A stretch of 32,000 bases of DNA, taken from assembly GCA_963677105.1 (NCBI GenBank), contig OY781871.1, positions 600,001 through 632,000 on the forward strand, in the 5' to 3' direction. Shown here in pieces: positions 17,054-25,033 of this stretch (within the stretch, counting starts at the first letter, position 1; each line of letters starts with the position of its first letter). A program made the position numbers and the translations under genes. The notes under the pieces are model-generated. The model saw only the letters and a program-made list of their open reading frames with translations. It had not been told where the DNA came from and did no database searches. Source of the DNA: Candidatus Saccharimonadota bacterium. GTDB taxonomy: Bacteria > Patescibacteriota > Gracilibacteria > UBA4473.

Positions 17054-19069
17054 CTAAAAAAACACATCACCACGTTCCACTTTCGCTTTTAGTCGTGGAT
17101 ATTTATTGAGCGTAATATCTTCTTTTAATATTTGAATAGCCCAATCACGAGCATCCTGAAGCATTTGCAAATCGGATAAATCGGCACATTTAAATTCAGG
17201 AAGTCCCGATTGTTTTGTTCCATAGAGTTCCCCCATTCCGCGAAGTTCGAGATCGATTTCCGCTAACTTTTGTCCAGAATTATGTTTCTCCATTGCGCGC
17301 AGTCGAGCAGTGTTTTTATTGTCTTCATTTGTCATGAGGAAACAATATGACTGCATTGAGTTTCGTCCAATTCTTCCACGGAACTGATGCAATTGTGCGA
17401 GTCCAAAACGTTCCGCATTTTCAATCACCATGACAGTTGCATCTGGAATATCAACACCAACTTCGATTACACTGGTAGAGACGAGAATATCGAATTCTTT
17501 CTTTTTAAATCGTGCCATAATTGAGTCTTTTTCGCGCGCCTTCATCTTCCCATGCAAAAATTCTACTTTTCTGTTTGAAAATACTTGTCGAATTCGCTCA
17601 TATTCACTGAGAACACTTTTGGCTTCTATTTTGTCTGATTCATCAATAAGCGGACATACCCAGAAAATCTGACGTTTCTTTTCAATTTGAGAGTCCATGA
17701 AAATCTCCATTTTCTGTTTTTCTTTTTCAGCGGAAACAACACGCGTAATAATTGGCTGACGTCCGGGAGGAAGTTCATCAATAATTGATAAATCTTGATC
17801 ACCGTACACTGTTAACGCGAGCGTTCGTGGAATTGGCGTTGCTGTCATGGCGACGATATGACAATTATTTTCCGCTAAAATGGCGCGCTGCCGAACACCA
17901 AATCGATGTTGTTCGTCTATAATGGCAAGTCCAAGATTTTTAAATACCGTGTCTTCGGTCAAAATTGCGTGCGTTCCAATCAACACATCTATTTGTCCGG
18001 TACGAAGTTTTGTTTTAATTTTTTCCTTATTTCCTGCAGTAGTTGCTCCAATCAATAATTCACAACGAACATTTGTTCCAAAAAATTTTAATGCATTTGC
18101 AAAATGTTGTTGTGCTAGAATCGCCGTTGGAGCCAAAAACGCCACTTGATTTCCTGATCGCACAAGTGCTGCTGCTGCCAGAATTGCCACAATTGTTTTT
18201 CCACTTCCAACATCTCCTTGCACAAGTCTGTGCGCCGTTCGATCGAGTTCGAAATCTTTTAAAATAGAGAAGAGAACTTTCTTTTGTGCGGTGGTAAGTT
18301 CAAAAGGAACTTTTTTCAAATCTTTTTTTACTGGTTCTGCATCAAACGAAATCTTGTATGGATTTTTTGCAGATTGCTCACGAATAAATTTTTGACGAAG
18401 TACACGAATTTGAATTTCAAAAATTTCTTCAAATGCTAATCTTGCTCGGGCAGCACTCCATTGTTCCACACTTTCTGGTGTATGAATTTGTTTTACAGCC
18501 TCAGATTTTCCCAGCAGATTCCTGTTTTCTAATATTTCTTTTGGTAAAATTTCTTGAAACTCTTTTCTAAAAATAAGACAGCCTGCAATTTTTTCTCGCA
18601 ACCACTTACTTGTGATAGGCGGAGATTCTGGATAAATTGCTCGCAATCTGCCGACATGTACATTTCTTTCAAAATGTATTTCAGGATTGGAAATCTGTAT
18701 TTTTCCGTAATTTCTCGTAACTTTTCCAACAAGCCATACTCGGGATTCTCCCTGAAAGTTTTTTAATTTATAAGGAACCACAAACCATACGACATCAATA
18801 GTTGATCTATCTCGTAAAACAAGAGCGGCGCGTCCAAGTTTTTTTCCACGAGCGGTTTTCTCCACTCGAAAATCACATAAATTTCCCACAAGTGTGTTTT
18901 TTTCTCCTAATTTTATTTCAGAAAAAAGAGAAATTTCATTTGTGGATTCTAATGCACGAGGAAAAAATTCTAATAAGTTTAATACGGTTTTAATGCCGAT
19001 TTGATCGAGTTTTTTAATATGTGCAGATGTGGTTTTTAGCACAGATTTTAATGACAAATTGAGATTCAT
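17054..19069 (-). CDS. recG: ATP-dependent DNA helicase RecG
   Basis: There is a wedge/OB N-terminal region, then helicase motifs GDVGSGKT, DEQHRFG and MTATPIPRTL, and the C-terminal QLHQFRGRIGR. I chose ATG 19069 (MNLNLSL...); the listed ORF starts at TTG 19108. Confidence 0.92.
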   Translation of the reverse strand: MNLNLSLKSVLKTTSAHIKKLDQIGIKTVLNLLEFFPRALESTNEISLFSEIKLGEKNTLVGNLCDFRVEKTARGKKLGRAALVLRDRSTIDVVWFVVPYKLKNFQGESRVWLVGKVTRNYGKIQISNPEIHFERNVHVGRLRAIYPESPPITSKWLREKIAGCLIFRKEFQEILPKEILENRNLLGKSEAVKQIHTPESVEQWSAARARLAFEEIFEIQIRVLRQKFIREQSAKNPYKISFDAEPVKKDLKKVPFELTTAQKKVLFSILKDFELDRTAHRLVQGDVGSGKTIVAILAAAALVRSGNQVAFLAPTAILAQQHFANALKFFGTNVRCELLIGATTAGNKEKIKTKLRTGQIDVLIGTHAILTEDTVFKNLGLAIIDEQHRFGVRQRAILAENNCHIVAMTATPIPRTLALTVYGDQDLSIIDELPPGRQPIITRVVSAEKEKQKMEIFMDSQIEKKRQIFWVCPLIDESDKIEAKSVLSEYERIRQVFSNRKVEFLHGKMKAREKDSIMARFKKKEFDILVSTSVIEVGVDIPDATVMVIENAERFGLAQLHQFRGRIGRNSMQSYCFLMTNEDNKNTARLRAMEKHNSGQKLAEIDLELRGMGELYGTKQSGLPEFKCADLSDLQMLQDARDWAIQILKEDITLNKYPRLKAKVERGDVFF

Positions 19070-19082
19070 TACGATAATTGTA
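19070..19082 (-). promoter_or_regulatory. -10 box with leaderless spacing for recG
   Basis: On the minus strand TACAAT (19082-19077) lies 7 nt before ATG 19069. The only TTGCAA upstream (19108-19103) is 20 nt away, across T9-C-T8. Confidence 0.4.
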
Positions 19083-19102
19083 CAAAAAAAAGAAAAAAAA
19101 AC

Positions 19103-19131
19103 TTGCAAAAAGATTTAAGTTGCCGGAAAAT
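19103..19131 (+). promoter_or_regulatory. Putative promoter of the 135-aa pilin-like gene
   Basis: TTGCAA (19103-19108), 17 nt, GAAAAT (19126-19131). The leader of about 55 nt contains the hairpin CTCGC-AAAA-GCGAG (19145-19158). Confidence 0.35.
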
Positions 19132-19190
19132 TCGTAACGAAGACCTCGCAAAAGCGAGTCAACACACAATTTCTCTTACTCCATTAAAAA

Positions 19191-19598
19191 ATGAAAATAA
19201 AAAAATTTATAGCTCCATTATTTGGATTACTTCTTGCTGTTGGAGTGTTTACTCTTGGAGGAGATGTTTCAGCACAACTTATTAGTGATTTGGATAATCC
19301 AGAAAATATCGCATTAGCGACAGGAGGAGAAGGATCATTCAGAGTTATTTTACGAACAATCATTAATTTCGTACTCTACTTCCTTGGATTGATTGCTACA
19401 ATTATGGTGATCTATGGGGGATTTCTTTATATTACTTCTCAAGGAGAGGATACAGAGAAAGCAAAAAAAGTACTTTTGTATGCAGCAATTGGTATTGTTA
19501 TCATTTTGATCTCATTCGCACTGGTAAATACATTGTTGGGAGCAGCAGCAAAGAATGGAAGTGAGTCTACAATACAAAGTAGCGGACAGTCCTTTTAG
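19191..19598 (+). CDS. TrbC/VirB2-like 'T4SS pilin' family small membrane protein
   Basis: It has a signal peptide (MKIKKFIAPLFGLLLAVGVFTLGGDVSA). A two-TM hairpin follows with a charged loop: IATIMVIYGGFLYITSQGEDTEKAKKVLLYAAIGIVIILISFALV. Confidence 0.7.
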   Translation: MKIKKFIAPLFGLLLAVGVFTLGGDVSAQLISDLDNPENIALATGGEGSFRVILRTIINFVLYFLGLIATIMVIYGGFLYITSQGEDTEKAKKVLLYAAIGIVIILISFALVNTLLGAAAKNGSESTIQSSGQSF

Positions 19599-19620
19599 TA
19601 AGGAAAAAAGAAAACTTAAA

Positions 19621-19645
19621 AAATCCCGCATTGCGGGATTTTTTT
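19621..19645 (+). terminator. Rho-independent terminator after the pilin-like gene
   Basis: A perfect 9-bp stem AAATCCCGC (19621-19629) / GCGGGATTT (19633-19641) has the loop ATT and runs into T7. Confidence 0.8.
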
Positions 19646-19726
19646 ATATAAAAAGTTATTTATTTTTTCTGTTCGAATGTGGGTTTGAAAAAATGTATTT
19701 ACCAGTGGATTGGAGGAGATCTTTTT

Positions 19727-19755
19727 TTGTATTTCATGTAATTATCCGATACAAT
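19727..19755 (+). promoter_or_regulatory. Promoter with leaderless geometry for ftsK
   Basis: TTGTAT (19727-19732), 17 nt, TACAAT (19750-19755), 8 nt, then ATG 19764. No Shine-Dalgarno site. Confidence 0.6.
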
Positions 19756-19763
19756 AATGACTG

Positions 19764-22049
19764 ATGGCAAGATCTCGTAAATCGACTCCCAGCGTAAAAA
19801 TTCCAGCATCAGTTCTTCGACGTGAAGCACAAAAAGCTGCGAAAAAAATGATTATGGCAGAAAAGAAAAAAGAACGACTTCGTGAAACACGTGAGAAAGC
19901 AAAAAAAAGAGCAAAATTACAGATAGAAAAAAAGAAAACACAGAAGAATAAGACAGAAGAAGTTTTTGATTTATCTTTTCAGAGAGAACTATGGGCAAGT
20001 GGATGGATTTTATTAGGAATATTATTCATTACGTTATTTGTGAGCAAGGCGACTATTTCACAAACAATAACGAGAGAACTATTTCAATTATTTGGAATTG
20101 GAGTATGGGGACTTCCGATTATCACAACATTCGTGGGAATTGTTTTATTGGTAAAACGAGAATACGAATTTCTCACGGTACGGATTGCGGCACTCATTGG
20201 AGTATTAGTCTCTGTGTTGGGAGTAATAAATTTGTTTGTGGCACAAGAAGAATCTCTTGCATTGGCCCATAAATACGGAGGAGTACTGGGGTTTACAGTC
20301 GGATTTTTTCCTCGTGAATTTTTCGGAACAGGAGTTACGGCAGTTTTATTGTCTGGATTGACTTGGTTTTGTGTAACGGTTGGATTTAATATTCGTTGGT
20401 CTCAGTTTTTATTAAATGCTCCTGAGGAAATTAAAATCAAAAAAAGCTCAGATGAAACAGAAAAAGGAAGTGCAAAACCTGAGAAACAAGAATCTATTCC
20501 GAAATCTCGATTTGCTAACGAATTAGAGATTGTTGATACGACACGAGCAAAAGAAGCGAGAAAAACAGAAATAAAATTAGAACAAAAAGACGAATTAACG
20601 GAAGCAAAAAATCGTGCGATTGAAGGACAATGGGAGCCACCATCAATTGATTTATTAAAAAAACAGACTTCTACTATTACAGTAAACGAGAAAAAACTCC
20701 GTGATAATGCAGAAAAAATTCGTGAAAAATTAGAACAATTTGGCATTGAAGTGACCATGAAGTCAGTTCATGTAGGACCGACAGTAACACAATTTACGTT
20801 TACTCCTGCGCCAGGAGTAAAATTGACAAAAATTACTGGATTAAAGAATGATTTAGCGCTTACTTTAGCTGCGGAATCTATTCGTTTAGAAGCACCAATT
20901 CGAGGAAAAAGTCTTGTTGGACTTGAAATTCCAAATGAAAAAAGAGCAAATGTTGGAATGAGAGAAATTATCGAATCAGATGCTTGGGAAGACCATACGT
21001 CTCTTTTAAAACTTGCTGTAGGACGAGATGTGGCCGGAAAACCAATTGTGATTGATTTAGCGAAAATGCCACATCTTCTCATTGCGGGAAAAACGGGATC
21101 TGGAAAATCAGTCGGAATGAATGCCTTTTTGTGTAGTTTACTCTGGAATAATTCTCCTTCAAACTTACGTCTTATTTTGATTGATCCGAAACGAGTAGAA
21201 TTAAAACGATACGATAAATTACCACATCTTTTGACACCGGTAATTGTTGAGCCGGAAAAATCAGTATCTGCCCTCGCTTGGGCGGTTGCGGAAATGAATC
21301 GTCGATATAAAATGTTGTCGGAAGCGAGTGTGGTAAATTTAGATCAATACAACGAAAAATTCCCAGAAAAAAAGGAGCCGAAAATTGTAATTGTGATTGA
21401 TGAGTTGGCAGATTTAATGATGGTTGCTGGGAAAGATGTGGAAGCAGCGGTAGTTCGAATTGCTCAACTCGCTCGAGCAGTTGGAATGCATTTGATTATT
21501 GCAACGCAGAGACCCTCAGTAGATGTAGTAACAGGATTGATTAAGGCGAATTTACCTGCAAGAATTGCCTTTCGCGTATCATCACAGATTGATTCACGAA
21601 CAATTATTGATGGGATGGGAGCAGAAAGTTTACTTGGATTAGGAGACATGCTTTCTCTCGATGGGAATTCTGGAGCGCTTACTCGAGTGCAAGGAATTTA
21701 TATTTCTAATGAAGAAGTTTCTCGCATTGTAAATCACATTAAATTACAGTTTCCTGAGATGATTGCGAATGATGAAGTAACGACTCAATCAATTGAAGGA
21801 ATGGCAAAAGGCGGGGTTTTAACAGCCGGAACACAAAGAGATGTGGCGGATGACGATTTAGACTCTCTTTTTGAAGATGCAGTGAATTTAGTTATTGAAA
21901 CGGGAAAAGCATCTGCAAGTTTTTTCCAGCGTCGATTAGAAGTAGGATATGCTCGTGCGGCTCGAATACTTGATCAAATGGAAGGTCGAGGAATTGTTGG
22001 TCCAGCACGTGGAGCAAAACCGCGTGAAGTTTTTGGTCGACAAGAATGA
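19764..22049 (+). CDS. ftsK: DNA translocase FtsK/SpoIIIE
   Basis: A K-rich N-terminal tail and TM segments precede GKTGSGKS and VIVIDELADLM. The C-terminal winged-helix gamma domain reads FFQRRLEVGYARAARILDQMEGRGIVG. Confidence 0.92.
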   Translation: MARSRKSTPSVKIPASVLRREAQKAAKKMIMAEKKKERLRETREKAKKRAKLQIEKKKTQKNKTEEVFDLSFQRELWASGWILLGILFITLFVSKATISQTITRELFQLFGIGVWGLPIITTFVGIVLLVKREYEFLTVRIAALIGVLVSVLGVINLFVAQEESLALAHKYGGVLGFTVGFFPREFFGTGVTAVLLSGLTWFCVTVGFNIRWSQFLLNAPEEIKIKKSSDETEKGSAKPEKQESIPKSRFANELEIVDTTRAKEARKTEIKLEQKDELTEAKNRAIEGQWEPPSIDLLKKQTSTITVNEKKLRDNAEKIREKLEQFGIEVTMKSVHVGPTVTQFTFTPAPGVKLTKITGLKNDLALTLAAESIRLEAPIRGKSLVGLEIPNEKRANVGMREIIESDAWEDHTSLLKLAVGRDVAGKPIVIDLAKMPHLLIAGKTGSGKSVGMNAFLCSLLWNNSPSNLRLILIDPKRVELKRYDKLPHLLTPVIVEPEKSVSALAWAVAEMNRRYKMLSEASVVNLDQYNEKFPEKKEPKIVIVIDELADLMMVAGKDVEAAVVRIAQLARAVGMHLIIATQRPSVDVVTGLIKANLPARIAFRVSSQIDSRTIIDGMGAESLLGLGDMLSLDGNSGALTRVQGIYISNEEVSRIVNHIKLQFPEMIANDEVTTQSIEGMAKGGVLTAGTQRDVADDDLDSLFEDAVNLVIETGKASASFFQRRLEVGYARAARILDQMEGRGIVGPARGAKPREVFGRQE

Positions 22050-22993
22050 ACAAACAATTTGATGTACTCGCTTTCGGATCACTAACGCTCGATACGTTTG
22101 TTGCGTTAGATGAAATGGAGATAGAAAAACATAAACGCGAAGATTTATTGACAATTCCCGTTGGGGCAAAAATTTCAATGCATACAAAATCAAAACATGC
22201 AGGAGGAAGTGCTGCAAATATTACAACAGGATTAGCAAAATTAGGATTTCATGTTGGTATTTATGGAACGGTTGGAGATGATCAATCGGGGCGAGTTATT
22301 CGTCATTTATTAGAAAATAAACACGTTGATACGACAGGAATATTAGTACAAAAAAATACTCCGAGTTCAAGTTCCATCATTATTATGACATCAGATGGAC
22401 AACGAACCGTTTTACATGAACGCTCTACTTACGCACATTTTGAAAACTTTCCAGCTGGAATTCCTGATACTCGAGCACTTTACATTGGGCATTTAGAAAA
22501 GCGAGAAGATCCATTGTTTCAGCATTTGTCTGAGTGGAAAAAGAAAAAACCAGACGGATTGATTATTTGGAATCCAGGGAAAACACAGTTTTCCAGAGGA
22601 TTTGACGCATTTCTATCTGTTTTTCCAGAAGTTGATTGTTTAATTCTCAACAAAGAAGAGTTAGAATTATTTGCTGGAGAACAAGGTGAAATTAAACTCT
22701 TGGTTCAAAAATTTCTTTCTGCAGAAGTAAAATCGCTTATCGTAACAGATGGAAAAAATGGCGCGTATTATTTTTCTCATGAACAAGAACTGCATCAACC
22801 AATTACAGATATAAATCCACCGATTTGTTCTCTTGGAGCAGGAGATGCGTTTGCAGTTGGAGTTGTTGCTTCACTACTAGGCGGAAAATCCGCAGAAACA
22901 CAATTACTCTGGGGAACAAAAAGTTCTGAATCAGTAATTCGTGAATTTGGAGCACAGGTTGGACAGATTACGAGAGAGGAATTTGAAGCATAA
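22046..22993 (+). CDS. PfkB-family carbohydrate/nucleoside kinase (ribokinase-like)
   Basis: It has the GGSAANIT motif and the C-terminal anion-hole motif GAGDAFAVGVVASLL. An ATGA overlap couples it to ftsK. Confidence 0.8.
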   Translation: MNKQFDVLAFGSLTLDTFVALDEMEIEKHKREDLLTIPVGAKISMHTKSKHAGGSAANITTGLAKLGFHVGIYGTVGDDQSGRVIRHLLENKHVDTTGILVQKNTPSSSSIIIMTSDGQRTVLHERSTYAHFENFPAGIPDTRALYIGHLEKREDPLFQHLSEWKKKKPDGLIIWNPGKTQFSRGFDAFLSVFPEVDCLILNKEELELFAGEQGEIKLLVQKFLSAEVKSLIVTDGKNGAYYFSHEQELHQPITDINPPICSLGAGDAFAVGVVASLLGGKSAETQLLWGTKSSESVIREFGAQVGQITREEFEA

Positions 22994-23019
22994 AAAAAGG
23001 TCCCGCGAAAAGCAGGACC
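22992..23019 (-). terminator. Terminator of the LRR gene between convergent genes
   Basis: GGTCCCGC (22999-23006) pairs with GCAGGACC (23012-23019), giving 8 bp with one mismatch and the loop GAAAA. On the minus strand it is followed by T7, the complement of A7 at 22992-22998. Confidence 0.55.
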
Positions 23020-23030
23020 AAAACAGATCT

Positions 23031-24734
23031 TTATTTCAACAACAACATTTTTCGTACTTCAGCAAAAGACTCTGTTTGAAGTTTATAGAAATATGTTCCA
23101 GAGCTTACAGAAGCTCCAGAATCATTTTTTCCACTCCATTTAACTTCGTGATTTCCGCCATGAAAGGCTGGAAAACTTTTTACTAGTTGACCTTTGATAT
23201 TGAAAATTTCAAACCTTGCTACTTCACCTTCCTTTACGGAAAACGAAATAGTAGTAGAAGGATTAAATGGATTTGGGTAAGCTGGATTCAATTGATTTTC
23301 AATTGTACCAGGGACTCCTTCTTCATCTTCTTCAGCCTTAATTTCAATAGAAATTGGGCCAAAGAGCTCAGAAGATCCATCAATCTCAACACTCTCCAAC
23401 CAATAGAAATACTGGTTGTCCGTTTCCACATCTTCATCTGTGAAAGAATAAAATTCTCCACAGGATGAGTTTGATGCAGAAATAGAAGACATCTGCAATG
23501 AGGAGTTAATATTTTCAGAATTGTTTCTGAGAATATTGAATCCCATCAGAGATGTTTCTGATTGAGTTGTCCAATTAATTTTTGCAAAATTTTCTGCTGT
23601 TTGAACGGCAGAGAATGATGACAATTCGACAGGAAGGGTTTGATCTTCGAAATTAAAATAAAATGAATCAATTTCTCTGGTTTCAAGGACTTCAATTACT
23701 TGAAGATTTTCTTGTCCAGTAAGTGGTCCAGATTTTTGATTTGATACATCTAAATAATATGCATCATTAGTTAATCCAAAATTTTCGAGAGGAACGATAT
23801 TACGGACTAGGTTCCCCCAAAGATTTAAATATCTAAAATTTGTTAATCCAGAAATAGGACTCAAATCACTCACTTGATTATTATAAAAGGCTAGCGACTC
23901 AAGATTTGTTAATCCAGAAATAGGACTCAAATCACTCACTTGATTATTAGAAAAACTTAGCGACTCAAGATTTGTTAATCCAAAAACAGGACTCAAATCA
24001 CTTACTTGATTATTAGAAAAACTTAGCGACTCAAGATTTGTTAACCCAGAAATAGGATTCAAATCATTCACTTGATTATAATACAAACCTGTATTATTAT
24101 AAAAGGCTAGCGACTCAAGATTTGTTAATCCAGAAATAGGACTCAAATCACTCACTTGATTATTAGAAAAAATTAGATACTCAAGACTTATTAATCCAGA
24201 AATAGGGCTCAAATCACTTACTTGATTATTAGAAAAACTTAGCGACTCAAGATTTGTTAATCCAGAAATAGGATTCAAGTCACTCACTAAATTATTAGCA
24301 AAACGTATCTTCTTAAGACTTATTAATCCAGAAATAGGGCTCAAATCACTCACTTGATTGCTGCCAAAAGTTAGAGTCTCAAGATTTGTTAATCCAGAAA
24401 TAGGATTCAAATCACTTATTTGACTTTTGATCAAATGTATCTGCTTAAGATTTGTTAATCCAGAGATAGGGCTCAAATCACTCACTTGATTATAATAAAA
24501 ACTTATCGTTTCAAGATTTGTTAAATATTGTGCACCTTCCATTGATATAATGTCTATGTTGAAACTATAGATATCAGTTATTGTCCCTAATTCCGCAACG
24601 TTTGGCTCATGATCAGCTGCCTGACCAAGTTCTTCATTGATTACCATTTTGAAGTTATTGTCTGGAATCAATGTTCCGAACAGACTTCCTAAACTTACTA
24701 CTAAAATTATTGCTATGATTATTATGTTTTTCAT
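23031..24734 (-). CDS. Secreted leucine-rich-repeat protein with a T9SS type-A (Por_Secre_tail/FlgD-Ig-like) C-terminal domain
   Basis: It begins with a signal/anchor (MKNIIIIAIILVVSLGSLFG). About 11 22-aa LRRs follow (LTNLESLSFSNNQVSDLSPISG), then an LPVELSSF...W beta domain. The C-terminus is YPNPFNPSTTISF...GTYFYKLQTESFAEVRKMLLLK. AGGAGG lies 5 nt before the ATG. Confidence 0.85.
   Translation of the reverse strand: MKNIIIIAIILVVSLGSLFGTLIPDNNFKMVINEELGQAADHEPNVAELGTITDIYSFNIDIISMEGAQYLTNLETISFYYNQVSDLSPISGLTNLKQIHLIKSQISDLNPISGLTNLETLTFGSNQVSDLSPISGLISLKKIRFANNLVSDLNPISGLTNLESLSFSNNQVSDLSPISGLISLEYLIFSNNQVSDLSPISGLTNLESLAFYNNTGLYYNQVNDLNPISGLTNLESLSFSNNQVSDLSPVFGLTNLESLSFSNNQVSDLSPISGLTNLESLAFYNNQVSDLSPISGLTNFRYLNLWGNLVRNIVPLENFGLTNDAYYLDVSNQKSGPLTGQENLQVIEVLETREIDSFYFNFEDQTLPVELSSFSAVQTAENFAKINWTTQSETSLMGFNILRNNSENINSSLQMSSISASNSSCGEFYSFTDEDVETDNQYFYWLESVEIDGSSELFGPISIEIKAEEDEEGVPGTIENQLNPAYPNPFNPSTTISFSVKEGEVARFEIFNIKGQLVKSFPAFHGGNHEVKWSGKNDSGASVSSGTYFYKLQTESFAEVRKMLLLK
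23775..24524 (-). repeat. Tandem 66-bp coding repeats (LRR array)
   Basis: Units such as CCAGAAATAGGACTCAAATCACTCACTTGATTATTAGAAAAACTTAGCGACTCAAGATTTGTTAAT recur head-to-tail and in frame with few substitutions. One unit carries an 18-nt insertion. Confidence 0.9.
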
Positions 24735-25033
24735 TTTTTCCTCCTATGGAAAAATTTCTTGTATCGACGTTTACTGCTCAAGAGTCGAGTAATGATTTCC
24801 ACCAAAACTTTTAGTGATGAATCTAACTAAAGTATTTATACTCAAATATATTTATTCTTTTCCCTTTATTAAAAAAGAAAAGAAAATGGATTGTTGTTAA
24901 AACGATCTGTGAAAGAACGAACCTTTTCACTATGAAATATTGAAAGCCAATATTGTCATAACAGAAAAATGTTGTATTTATTTTAATACAAAATAAAAAA
25001 AAGTCAAGTAATTTTTGTTGTTTTGTTTTTACT

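Noticed and set aside
19555-19764. The 69-aa plus-strand ORF between the pilin-like gene and ftsK.
   Set aside because: It runs straight through the strong terminator hairpin (19621-19645) and the ftsK promoter, so it is most likely non-coding.
23775-24524. The regular ~66-bp repeats could look like a CRISPR array.
   Set aside because: The units are contiguous with no unique spacers and stay in frame inside a 567-aa ORF. They translate to a textbook 22-aa leucine-rich repeat, and no cas genes are present.
24735-25033. The 72-aa ORF (24823..25041, minus) and possible hidden genes in the 300-bp AT-rich gap upstream of the LRR gene.
   Set aside because: The translation is low-complexity and F/I/K/N-rich, the ORF overlaps the mutY stop, and there is no start context. 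The gap is more plausibly the LRR promoter region and insertion junction. A weak AT hairpin (24972-24991) was not convincing enough to call as the mutY terminator.
10017-25033. A classical mobile element (IS, integron, prophage or ICE) as the vehicle for the three foreign-looking segments.
   Set aside because: I could find no transposase, integrase or recombinase ORF, no terminal inverted repeats and no tRNA-adjacent att-like repeat at these segments. The only repeat at a boundary is the recG 3' relic, which is reported separately.
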